Of a DNA stretch of 64,000 nt, positions 19,812 through 28,691 are shown piece by piece. Position 1 is the first letter of the stretch; each line of letters starts with the position of its first letter. The notes beneath the pieces were generated by a model that was not told the origin of the DNA, searched no databases, and saw nothing but the letters and a program-made list of their open reading frames with translations. A program made the translations under genes and the position numbers. The DNA is from Promethearchaeota archaeon (GTDB lineage: Archaea > Asgardarchaeota > Lokiarchaeia > Sigyniarchaeales > SOKP01), in NCBI GenBank assembly GCA_019894975.1, contig JAGXNO010000001.1, positions 25,278-89,277 of the forward strand, read 5' to 3'.

Positions 19812-20117
19812 GTGGCATCAAAATCTGAAAATCTCTGGGTTAGAAGGGCATCTATGGTAATTCTGCTTAAAATTGTAGTGATAAAGAAAGAATTCGATGA
19901 GGAATATGTATTTGAATTAGTAGAAAACATGCTTAACTACACCGAAGATTATATTCAGAAAGGAATTGGGTGGCTCCTAAAAACCTGTTCTAAATTTAAT
20001 CCTGATTCAATTTTTGGTTATTTGATGAACAATAAAGAAAGACTCCCTCGCTTAATCCTCAGATATAGTAGTGAAAAACTGTCAAATGAAAAAAGAAAAC
20101 AAATTTTGAAGAAATAA
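19812..20117 (+). pseudogene. Duplicated 3' fragment of the AlkD-like gene (C-terminal 100 codons only)
   Basis: Region 19811-20117 aligns by eye to 16924-17230 with scattered substitutions. The frame is preserved up to the same stop, but the N-terminal 130 codons or so are missing. Only a GTG start is available. Confidence 0.55.
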
Positions 20118-20227
20118 AATCCTTCCATTGCTCCTGCATTACTTTCGCAATATTTTAACAAAGCTATTTAAAATCTAAAATATAAATAACTATTTAACAG
20201 AATAACTTTAGAGATGAAAAAAGTAAA

Positions 20228-21256
20228 ATGCGAGCCGCAATACTTCAAGAAATTGGAAAAGTAAGTATAATGGATGTTCCTAAACCCTCTCCCGAACGTG
20301 GAGAAGCCCTAATAAAAATTACAACTGCAGGTGTTTGTCATACAGACTTACATGTTGTGATGGGAGAATGGATGGAATTACCAACCCCACGCCCTTTAGG
20401 GCATGAAGGAATTGGTATAGTCGAGGAATTGGGCCCTGACTCGGGATCTGATATAAAAGTAGGTGATAGAGTTATATTGGGTCTTGGTGGAACAGGGGGA
20501 TACTGGTGTGGAACCTGTGAGTATTGTCTTTCGGGAGAAGCTATGTATTGTCCTGAAAGAAGACCCATATTCGGGATATTTAGTGAATATATTTCCGTAT
20601 GGGCTCAATCTTTGGTAAAAATCCCTGATGAACTAAGTGATAATGAAGTTTCTCTAGCATGTGGAGGTTTAACAGCATATAGGGCAATCAAAAAACTTGA
20701 GAGTCTCAAAATATCTCCTGGTAAAAATATTGCCATTATTGGGGCTGCTGGTGGACTTGGTCATTATGGTGTGCAGATCGCAAAAAGTTTTGGGTATAAA
20801 GTCATTGGAGTCGATAAAGGCGCTGAAAAATTAGAGATCGTCAAAAATCTCGGCGCTGATTATGCAATAGATGCGAATGAAGTTGGGAAGTTTGTTGAAA
20901 AAGAGTTAGGGGGTGTTCAAGCAAGCATAGTATTTGCAGCTAATATTTCAGCTTATAATGTTGGAATAAAATTACTCAAAGTGGGGGGAACATTAATTGG
21001 GGTAGGCCTACCACCATTCAGTGAGGGATCGATGTCATTAACCCCATTTGAAGTAATAATGAGAAATTTACACATAACCGGATCCTTAACAGGTACTATA
21101 GAAGATATGAGAGAATTAGTTCAATTAGCAGTAGAAGGCAAGGTTAAAACTCATATCGGTAGAACCGCAAATCTCTCAGAAATTAATGATGTATTTGAGG
21201 AAATGAGTAAAGGAAAATTCGTGGGAAGAGCTATTATTAATAATCTCATGAAATAA
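20228..21256 (+). CDS. Zn-dependent alcohol dehydrogenase (MDR family)
   Basis: 342 aa with GVCHTDLH, the GHEGIG catalytic Zn site, a structural Zn Cys cluster (CGTCEYCLSGEAMYC) and GAAGGLG NAD binding. Confidence 0.85.
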   Translation: MRAAILQEIGKVSIMDVPKPSPERGEALIKITTAGVCHTDLHVVMGEWMELPTPRPLGHEGIGIVEELGPDSGSDIKVGDRVILGLGGTGGYWCGTCEYCLSGEAMYCPERRPIFGIFSEYISVWAQSLVKIPDELSDNEVSLACGGLTAYRAIKKLESLKISPGKNIAIIGAAGGLGHYGVQIAKSFGYKVIGVDKGAEKLEIVKNLGADYAIDANEVGKFVEKELGGVQASIVFAANISAYNVGIKLLKVGGTLIGVGLPPFSEGSMSLTPFEVIMRNLHITGSLTGTIEDMRELVQLAVEGKVKTHIGRTANLSEINDVFEEMSKGKFVGRAIINNLMK

Positions 21257-21280
21257 ACTAGAAAGACACTCATAAGTCCT

Positions 21281-21961
21281 ATGAAATATCTGGCAATCAT
21301 TTTTGATCTATTTGGAACCCTTGTCGATAGCTATTCCGTTCAAGGCTACAACAGATTATTAGCAGATATGGCTTCAGCTCTCGAATTACCTACTGAAGAT
21401 TTTTCAAGACTTTGGCGTGATACAACTTATGAGCGTGGGATTGGGATTTTTAAAACCACCGAAGAGAGTATAAGATATATATGTAATAAACTTAAAATTT
21501 CTGTAAGTGATGATAACATTAGGAAATGCGAACAAATCAGATTAGAAACCACACGCAAAGCTTTAACTCCTAAAAATGGTGCTGTTGATATTTTAAAAAA
21601 ATTAAGAGGATTAGAATACAAAATCGGGTTAATTACAAATTGTTCTGCCGAAGTACCTCTTATGTGGAAAAATACAGAACTTTCTCATTTCTTTGATGTT
21701 ACTATATTCTCCGCTTCAGTAGGCCTGAAAAAGCCTGACTCTCAAATATATAATTTAGCATGTGAACAATTGGAAGTCGAACCAAACGAATGCCTCTACT
21801 TTGGAGATGGTGATAGCGATGAACTATCGGGAGCTTCTCAGCTAGGCATGGACGCTGTTATGATCCGTGATCCCAATGAGACGGATCCCTATCGCTTGGT
21901 TGAGGTAAATTGGGATGGAAGGAAAATTGAAATTTTCATAGAAATATTGGATCTACTTTGA
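21281..21961 (+). CDS. HAD-superfamily hydrolase
   Basis: 226 aa with motif I (IIFDLFGTL), motif II (LITN) and motif IV (GDGDSDE). Confidence 0.75.
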   Translation: MKYLAIIFDLFGTLVDSYSVQGYNRLLADMASALELPTEDFSRLWRDTTYERGIGIFKTTEESIRYICNKLKISVSDDNIRKCEQIRLETTRKALTPKNGAVDILKKLRGLEYKIGLITNCSAEVPLMWKNTELSHFFDVTIFSASVGLKKPDSQIYNLACEQLEVEPNECLYFGDGDSDELSGASQLGMDAVMIRDPNETDPYRLVEVNWDGRKIEIFIEILDLL

Positions 21962-22093
21962 TATTATTGATTTTTCAATACTTCCATTTATAGACTAAAA
22001 ATATTTTTATGAGATTCTTTACTTTAATTTCTATCTTATTTATTGATAATAATTTTTTATTTATCAAAAAATGAGAGAATACATCATTACCTA

Positions 22094-22231
22094 GCCAAGG
22101 TGGCGTAGCCCGGGAAGCTACATTGCGAATATAACGTAATGTGCACCGAACGCACTAGACTGAAGATCTAGGTATCGAGAGTTCAAAAGTAAAATCCTTT
22201 TCGGATTTTATAGAAATTCTCTCCCTTGGCA
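22094..22231 (+). tRNA. tRNA-Phe (GAA) with two non-canonical introns (D-loop about 34 nt; T-loop 30 nt at 59/60)
   Basis: The acceptor stem is GCCAAGG/CCTTGGC. The D stem is GCGT (22103-06) / ACGC (22150-53). The anticodon arm is CTAGA-CTGAAGA-TCTAG. The T stem is GAGAG (22177-81) / CTCTC (22219-23). The T-loop TTCAAA|T is split by 22188-22217. The total length is 138 nt. Confidence 0.8.
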
Positions 22232-22259
22232 TATATTTTTTGTTTTCTAAATTTTCTTT

Positions 22260-22769
22260 CTAGGATTTTCGTCTGTCATCATTTTTTATAAATTCGCTAA
22301 AAATTTCATTTTTCTCATCAATAAACTCCCAAAATTCATCATAAAGTTCCTTAAGTGATTTAGATTTTTCTTTAGGTTTGATCACTGTCTCTGATTTTGG
22401 TAGATTTTTACGATTTGGTTTATATTCAAGATAATTCCCTTCTAAGATTAAATTTTCAAATAATTCCTTATCATCTTTGACATAATTTGTAGGTTGATAT
22501 TTTTGGTCGATCTTTGTTTTTTCAAATTCAAAATCGACTCTCTGATAACCACGAACCATATAATTCTTGTCGACAAAGGCTTGAAATTGGTGTTTACAAA
22601 CCAGACCCTTTGCGATTGACATAGTAGTTAAACCTTTTGCATTAGTAATAACCGACTTAGGGAAATCCAAGGCTTTCTCAGATTTACAGACGGGGCAGAT
22701 AAATTGAATCTTGGCTGAATTATCTAAAGGAGTAATATCTGTATCCTGAGAAAGTTTAGTAACTGCCAT
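22260..22769 (-). CDS. Hypothetical protein with an N-terminal Zn-ribbon-like motif
   Basis: 169 aa with CPVCKSEK...CKHQF and a charged C-terminal half. I recognise no family. Confidence 0.4.
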   Translation of the reverse strand: MAVTKLSQDTDITPLDNSAKIQFICPVCKSEKALDFPKSVITNAKGLTTMSIAKGLVCKHQFQAFVDKNYMVRGYQRVDFEFEKTKIDQKYQPTNYVKDDKELFENLILEGNYLEYKPNRKNLPKSETVIKPKEKSKSLKELYDEFWEFIDEKNEIFSEFIKNDDRRKS

Positions 22770-22874
22770 AATGAATCCTCTTTATAATATTTAGAAATTA
22801 AACATAAAAACTCCTTTATAAATCTAAAGAGACTGAAATTATATCTAAAATATCTAATTTGAACCAAAATTTAT

Positions 22875-23420
22875 TTAGGTGTTTTTAGGATCAAATTTTA
22901 GATTCATGTTAGTTTCATCCAACTCAAAACTAATAATTAAGTTTGACACCAAATCACTTTCAATCTTGAAAGAGTGTTTCCCTTCAGTTAATATATTTAG
23001 AGATTCTGAATCAAGTTTAATCAAAACACTAATTATATCTCCGTAGGCAATAGTTCTTCCACTAAATTTACCCTTAAGGATATCCTCCACTTTAAATTCT
23101 ACTCCCTTGTGAAAAATTAAAAATCTGTCCTTAATTATTTCCAAGTTAACTGAATCTTTTGAAATATTAATTGGGGTATCATCTATGAATAACTTAGCAT
23201 ATTCAGAGAAATCGAAATTATTTAAATCAAAACTCTTTAGACTAAAATTCCCAATTTCTAAGTTCTCAGGAATTACGAATGGTATTAATAAATTTTTTAC
23301 TTTTATTTGGATTGAATCCCCTTTTCCATCTCCAGTAGTATCTACAGTTAATACACTTTCTTTTGGGGGGAAGATCTTCTTTATTAATACTTTAAATGCA
23401 GATAAATCAAACGTTATATT
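22875..23420 (-). CDS. Hypothetical protein; the open frame is longer than the track ORF and its start is unresolved
   Basis: The track lists 22875-23144 with a TTG start. The same frame stays open up to 23420 (..FDLSAFKVLIKKIFPPKESVLTVDTTGDGKGDSIQIKV..). An ATG at 23424 is out of frame by one T in a TTT run. Confidence 0.4.
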   Translation of the reverse strand, partial: NITFDLSAFKVLIKKIFPPKESVLTVDTTGDGKGDSIQIKVKNLLIPFVIPENLEIGNFSLKSFDLNNFDFSEYAKLFIDDTPINISKDSVNLEIIKDRFLIFHKGVEFKVEDILKGKFSGRTIAYGDIISVLIKLDSESLNILTEGKHSFKIESDLVSNLIISFELDETNMNLKFDPKNT

Positions 23421-23506
23421 TCATCAACCTATTAATCTGTATTGATAGTTTCTATTAATTAAAAATTAAAAATTTTGCGAAAAAATCAATAAAATCTTGT
23501 TTAGGA

Positions 23507-24529
23507 TTATGAAACAATTTCAGAGATTTTGACAGGACGATTCTCTTCATATGATTTTTGGGCAGCTATAGCTATGACAACATTTTGAAAACCATCATCT
23601 CCATTTGGTGAAGGTTCTCTATTATTTTGTAAACATTCGATGAAGTATCGTAGCTCTGCTGTATATGAATCCATATATCTTTGTAAGAAAAAGTATGGGA
23701 TGTTATCCTCCTTTATCTTTTCAGCAGTATATAAACGTACGGTATTTGAAGTCTCATTATCAGCAATAGCACAACCCTTAGATCCAAACACTTCAACACG
23801 CTGGTCATATCCATATACGGCTTGACGAGAATTATCAACCATACCAATAGCACCATTTTCAAATTTTAGTATTAAAACTACGGTGTCGATATCCCCTGCT
23901 TTACCTATTTCAGGATTAATGAGAACAGCACCTTTAGTATAAACTTCTTCAATTTCACTTCCTACCTGAAAACGGGCCATATCCCAATCATGAATTGTCA
24001 TATCGAAAAGCATCCCTCCCGAAGTCTTAATATAATCAATTGAAGGCGGTGCTGGATCACGAGCAGTAACTTTAACAATATGAGGGATACCTACTTGGCC
24101 TGAACTAACCATCTCTCTAACTCTTTGGAAATTTCTATCAAATCGCCTATTGAATCCGATCATTAGTTTCACACCTTCCTTTTTAACAATTTCTAAGGTT
24201 TCTTTGATACGTTTCAAGTCTGTGTCAATGGGTTTTTCACAGAATATATCTTTTTTCGCTTTAGCAGCTTCTTGAATGAATTTGATATGAGTATTTGTGG
24301 GTGAGGCAATAACTACTACATTTATTTCAGGATCGAGCATAAGTTCGTTTGGATCTTTCGTAAGACGAGGTACACCAATGTCATTAGCCCATTTTTCCAA
24401 TTTATCATCTCTATTGATATCAGCAACTACTTTTAACTTTAGATTCGGTATTTTGTATATAATATTTTCAATATGTATTTTCCCTATTCTACCGGCACCC
24501 AACACACCCGCAATATATGTTTTTTCCAT
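23507..24529 (-). CDS. Gfo/Idh/MocA-family oxidoreductase (inositol 2-dehydrogenase-like)
   Basis: 340 aa with the N-terminal Rossmann motif GVLGAGRIGKIH and the EKP motif (CEKPI). Confidence 0.75.
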   Translation of the reverse strand: MEKTYIAGVLGAGRIGKIHIENIIYKIPNLKLKVVADINRDDKLEKWANDIGVPRLTKDPNELMLDPEINVVVIASPTNTHIKFIQEAAKAKKDIFCEKPIDTDLKRIKETLEIVKKEGVKLMIGFNRRFDRNFQRVREMVSSGQVGIPHIVKVTARDPAPPSIDYIKTSGGMLFDMTIHDWDMARFQVGSEIEEVYTKGAVLINPEIGKAGDIDTVVLILKFENGAIGMVDNSRQAVYGYDQRVEVFGSKGCAIADNETSNTVRLYTAEKIKEDNIPYFFLQRYMDSYTAELRYFIECLQNNREPSPNGDDGFQNVVIAIAAQKSYEENRPVKISEIVS

Positions 24530-24698
24530 TCGATATCACTCACTATCTCTTATCATTATATTATATCATAAGATTTAATATTAAATTTGGAATATACTAT
24601 TTTATGTTTTTTCTAAGATATATTTTTATAGAAATAGAGCAAATCTTTAATCACCTTTCATTTATAAAAAATAGTTAATTAAAAACAAGATTGATTTT

Positions 24699-26111
24699 AT
24701 GAGTGATAACGAATCTCGAAATATTTCACTAAAAAAGAAAATTGTATTTGCAGTCGGGGAAGTAGGAGACAATACAGCTATGCAAACATTTACATTTCTT
24801 ATATTCACATTCTACTTTGCAATTGTAGGCGTTCCTGTAATATTGATTGGCAGTGGTTTTATTTTATGGAGTCTATGGAATGCTATTAATGACCCTCTGA
24901 TAGGATATCTTTCTGATAGAACAAAAACTAGATGGGGAAGAAGATTTCCTTGGATGGTTGCAGCTACGATACCCTTAGCTATTGTAACGATACTACTTTT
25001 TACTCCTCCTATTGATCTCAATTCTCCTTCCAGTAATTTTATCTATTTTATCGTAATCCTCATTTTATTTGACACGACCTACACAGCATTTAATTTGAAT
25101 TATAATGCTGTTTTCTCTGAAATGTACGTAACTATGGAAGAACGTAGTTCAACAGGAAGGATTAGAATAATTTTTGTAATGGTAGCTTTGATTTTCGCTT
25201 TTCTTCTTCCTACTCTTATTATAGAGAATATTTTAGGTTATGATGTTGATACATTAATACCCGATCCAAATACATTGGGTCAATACCAATTGACAGGAAT
25301 AATAGCAGCTGTAATAATTCTTGTTTCCTATATCATTTTATTGAAATGGGGTGTTCATGAACCTAAACATATTTCAAAAGATGCCGAAACTGCGATGTCT
25401 TTCACTAAAACGCTTAAGAATTCCTTTAAAAATAAATCCTTTCAATGGTTTTTGATACCCGCGCTAGGAACTTGGATTGTTATAAATATTTTACCTACTT
25501 TAGCACCACTTTTTATGACAGAAGCTTTAGATATTGACGATCCATTGCTTATTGGCATTCTTCTTGCGTTAGAATTTATTATAGCCGCAGCTTCTACACC
25601 ATTATGGGAAAAAATTCGAAATGCCAAAGGAGCTCGAATGACAGGATTAATAGGAATAATGACATGGATAGTTCCCATTTTGCTTTTTGCTTTCTCGGTT
25701 AATGTTCAAATGGTTTTTGTTGTGCAACTTTTCAATGGGATAGGTCTTGGTGGAGGATTGTATTTTTATGATCAATGTATCGCAGAAATAATTGATGAAG
25801 ATGAGATTACGCATGGAACACGACGATCTGGGATATATTACGCAATTTTTAATTTCTTTATCCGAATATCAATGATCATTAATTTCTTACTAATTATGAT
25901 TGTTTTTAGTACAACAGATTGGTATACTTACACACCGAAGCCAGGAATAGATACTCTATTAGGACTTCAAATTCTAATGGGTGTTTATCCTGCTATTGTT
26001 CTTATAATTTCTTGGATAGGTCTGTATTATTATCCAATAAAAGGAGAGAAACTGGCAGAAAATAGAAGAAAGCTGACGGAGTTGCATAAAAAGAAGTTGA
26101 AAGAATTATAA
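24699..26111 (+). CDS. GPH/MFS-family sugar:cation symporter (MelB-like)
   Basis: 470 aa with about 12 TM segments and the motif ..NDPLIGYLSDRTKTRWGRRFPWM.., typical of the glycoside-pentoside-hexuronide family. Confidence 0.75.
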   Translation: MSDNESRNISLKKKIVFAVGEVGDNTAMQTFTFLIFTFYFAIVGVPVILIGSGFILWSLWNAINDPLIGYLSDRTKTRWGRRFPWMVAATIPLAIVTILLFTPPIDLNSPSSNFIYFIVILILFDTTYTAFNLNYNAVFSEMYVTMEERSSTGRIRIIFVMVALIFAFLLPTLIIENILGYDVDTLIPDPNTLGQYQLTGIIAAVIILVSYIILLKWGVHEPKHISKDAETAMSFTKTLKNSFKNKSFQWFLIPALGTWIVINILPTLAPLFMTEALDIDDPLLIGILLALEFIIAAASTPLWEKIRNAKGARMTGLIGIMTWIVPILLFAFSVNVQMVFVVQLFNGIGLGGGLYFYDQCIAEIIDEDEITHGTRRSGIYYAIFNFFIRISMIINFLLIMIVFSTTDWYTYTPKPGIDTLLGLQILMGVYPAIVLIISWIGLYYYPIKGEKLAENRRKLTELHKKKLKEL

Positions 26112-26207
26112 AACTCAAACAAGTCTATATTTAAATTCCTAAACAAAACTTTTTATATTATTTTTATCTATTTATTGTTATTCTATAATTGTATAGGTCT
26201 GATTAAA

Positions 26208-26870
26208 ATGGATGAAAATTTAGAAATTGAAGATAATGATGAAGAATTAGAGGAAGCTGCAATCGAAAGTACGGGAGAAAAGGAAAAACAAAAACAAGAA
26301 ATAAATTTAAAGAAAAATCAATCATTCTACTTAAACCAATCAAAAGACTCATCAACAGATATTTCTGTATGGGGGTCATTTAAAACAAGATCAGCGGACT
26401 CTTTAGAAATTTTGGAAGATGAATCATTTTATAGAACTCCAGTAAGCAATATCGTCGAAAATGAAAGCGAATTTTGTCTTTTTGTGGAATTACCTGGTTT
26501 AGATAAGAAACATGTTAATATTACATTACAAGAGGGTGTCTTAGAAATAACAGGTGATAAATCTATGAAACATAAAGAGGAGAAGAAGGAGAAAGAAGAA
26601 AAGAAAGAGAAAGAAGAAAAAAAGGAGAAGAAGGAGAAAGATGAGAAAAAAGACAAGCATAAAGAGAAAAAAGATAAAATTAGGGATAAAGTAAAGGGAG
26701 ATTACCTAAGACGGGAATTTAGATCAGCAAGTTTCTATCGAAGTTTTCATTTACCTGAAGAGATAAATTTAGAAGGAATTGATGCAAGTTTTAAAAATGG
26801 GATTTTAAGATTAACAATCCCTAAAAAAACTACTGAAACTGACGATAAGAAAGTAATTGAAATAAAATAA
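26208..26870 (+). CDS. Small heat-shock protein (Hsp20 / alpha-crystallin) with an internal K/E-rich insertion
   Basis: The alpha-crystallin core is ..FCLFVELPGLDKKHVNITLQEGVLEITG...FYRSFHLPEEINLEGIDASFKNGILRLTIPK. It is split by about 40 aa of KEEKKEKEEKKEKEEKKEKKEKDEKKDKHKEKKDK. I prefer the ATG at 26208 over the track's TTG at 26175. Confidence 0.8.
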   Translation: MDENLEIEDNDEELEEAAIESTGEKEKQKQEINLKKNQSFYLNQSKDSSTDISVWGSFKTRSADSLEILEDESFYRTPVSNIVENESEFCLFVELPGLDKKHVNITLQEGVLEITGDKSMKHKEEKKEKEEKKEKEEKKEKKEKDEKKDKHKEKKDKIRDKVKGDYLRREFRSASFYRSFHLPEEINLEGIDASFKNGILRLTIPKKTTETDDKKVIEIK

Positions 26871-26958
26871 ACAAAAATCAGATTATTTTCTAATTTCTTA
26901 TTATTATCAAATAAAATGATAAATTAATAAAAAAAATTGAAAAATATTGGATAAACAG

Positions 26959-27441
26959 TTAAATTTTTCCACCACAATATGCACAATATTGAGCTGATTC
27001 TTTAGTAATAGGTGTACCACAATTAGAGCAATACTTTGAAGGTTCTCCTGGAGCAGTTTCTGTTTCTTTTGGCACGATACGTTTAACTTGACCGGTTTCA
27101 GAATTAAACTTTGCTCTTAATTGTCCTGAAGCTTTTAAATCTAAGATTATTGCGCGAATATCTTTTCTAGTAATTCCTGTACCCACACTCACTTGTTCTA
27201 TTGATGCTTCTGGGTTATCTTGAAATTCAGCTAATACAATGTTTCTCAACTTGCTTCTATTCGCTATTGCTAAGATTTGACCTACTAGAATCGCAACACC
27301 AATTCCCGTCGATATAAAACCCCACCAAGACCACTCATCCCACGGAATAAATGAGGAAATTCCCCAATATAAAAAAGCTCCAGCAATAATTAATGTACAT
27401 ATGGAAAAAGATTCAGAATATTGATTTTTTTCATACTTCAT
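26959..27441 (-). CDS. Membrane protein with a cytoplasmic wHTH-like segment and a C-terminal Zn ribbon
   Basis: 160 aa with about 3 N-terminal TM helices, then ..GTGITRKDIRAIILDLKASGQL.., and the ending CSNCG...CAYCG. Confidence 0.45.
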   Translation of the reverse strand: MKYEKNQYSESFSICTLIIAGAFLYWGISSFIPWDEWSWWGFISTGIGVAILVGQILAIANRSKLRNIVLAEFQDNPEASIEQVSVGTGITRKDIRAIILDLKASGQLRAKFNSETGQVKRIVPKETETAPGEPSKYCSNCGTPITKESAQYCAYCGGKI

Positions 27442-27576
27442 TTTATACTCATCAAATTTGTGATTGAACTAGTTCAGTAAAAGAAGATATTAAAATTTAT
27501 AATATTTAGCAAAAAATTTAAATTTACTAGGTTGTCTCATTAGGGTAATGTAATTGTGTTAAATTAACCCTACAAA

Positions 27577-27993
27577 TTAATTGGTAATTATGCAACTGTT
27601 TATAATATCAAAAATTCGAGAGAAGTCGAGTTGATCTTCCACCAAAGTAATTATAATATTCCCTAAAATTTTAATTGATAGTATATAAAAGTTATCAGAA
27701 TGAATAATATTAAAATCTGGACTATGTACTCCAATCTCTGAAGTAATCTCTTCAGCTAGCTCATACAATTGCGACATGTTTAACGCTATAGAAGTCTTAT
27801 TAAAATTCTGGTCAATATACGATTTCTTAACTGCCCCATTTTCAGTACAAATCAGTACGAAGTAGAGTCCAGAATCCCCAAATTCCTTGATCAAGGAATC
27901 TAGAACTAATTCAACTTCTAGAGCAGTCATTGTGATATTAATTATTGGTTTGTTTATATATAATTTTTGGTGAATTTTATTATTTCTATTCAA
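27577..27993 (-). CDS. Roadblock/LC7 (MglB-like) domain protein
   Basis: 138 aa with an alpha-beta-alpha pattern (..LYFVLICTENGAVKKSY...NFYILSIKILGNIIITLV..). The likely start is the internal Met (MTALEVE) near 27930. Confidence 0.45.
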   Translation of the reverse strand: MNRNNKIHQKLYINKPIINITMTALEVELVLDSLIKEFGDSGLYFVLICTENGAVKKSYIDQNFNKTSIALNMSQLYELAEEITSEIGVHSPDFNIIHSDNFYILSIKILGNIIITLVEDQLDFSRIFDIINSCIITN

Positions 27994-28084
27994 AATCTCA
28001 CATTAATTATACTTAATTATGGTTAAATGATTAAAAAGCCATTTTTTTTAGTAATTTTAATTATTTAAAACTCTCAAAATCAAT

Positions 28085-28549
28085 TTAGATCTCAAAATAT
28101 TGATTAATTATCCTATCAAAGCAGTGGAAAGGGCTAACTTCTCCTTTAAAATTCTTTATGTGAGAATTATAATATGTATCTATGAATTTTTCAATAACAA
28201 TTTGGACGCAACTCTTAAAATTGTCAGAAATCCTATGCTTTTCAACAAAATATGCGAATATAACTTTTCCTCTAGAACAAACGTAAAGATGGTGGTTTCC
28301 AAGATTAACATCTTCAAGTTTGATTCCTGAATCTTCACTACCAATAAGATCTTGAGAGTATATTAATATGGCTGAAATAAATCCAGCAATTTGAAAAATA
28401 TTTTTTTCAATTCTTAATTGATTTTTTGCAACTTTTGAAAAATACAATAGTCCTGTCTTATCTAGAACTAGAAACCCAATTAATCCATTTGCTTTAGGAA
28501 AATTCCCTTCCAAATTAAATTCCTGGCACTTATCATCTGAATTTATCAT
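28085..28549 (-). CDS. Longin/Roadblock-like domain protein
   Basis: 154 aa containing ..GLIGFLVLDKTGLLYFSKV...HHLYVCSRGKVIFAYFV.. with a flanking helix. The assignment rests on fold pattern only. Confidence 0.35.
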   Translation of the reverse strand: MINSDDKCQEFNLEGNFPKANGLIGFLVLDKTGLLYFSKVAKNQLRIEKNIFQIAGFISAILIYSQDLIGSEDSGIKLEDVNLGNHHLYVCSRGKVIFAYFVEKHRISDNFKSCVQIVIEKFIDTYYNSHIKNFKGEVSPFHCFDRIINQYFEI

Positions 28550-28691
28550 TATTACTAAAACAAAATTTGTGCAAAAATAATCTTTTGTACTAATAATGTT
28601 ATCACTTAACTAGTATATAAATCTTTTTTGATAAGAAACTGATCTTTTTGACCACAAAATCTACTTGATTAAACAAAATAGATTAAAAACC

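Noticed and set aside
26560-26700. The purine-rich tandem repeat might be a microsatellite, a CRISPR-like array or a non-coding repeat.
   Set aside because: It is in frame within the Hsp20 gene and encodes a K/E tract flanked by both halves of the alpha-crystallin domain. It has no spacer-repeat periodicity.
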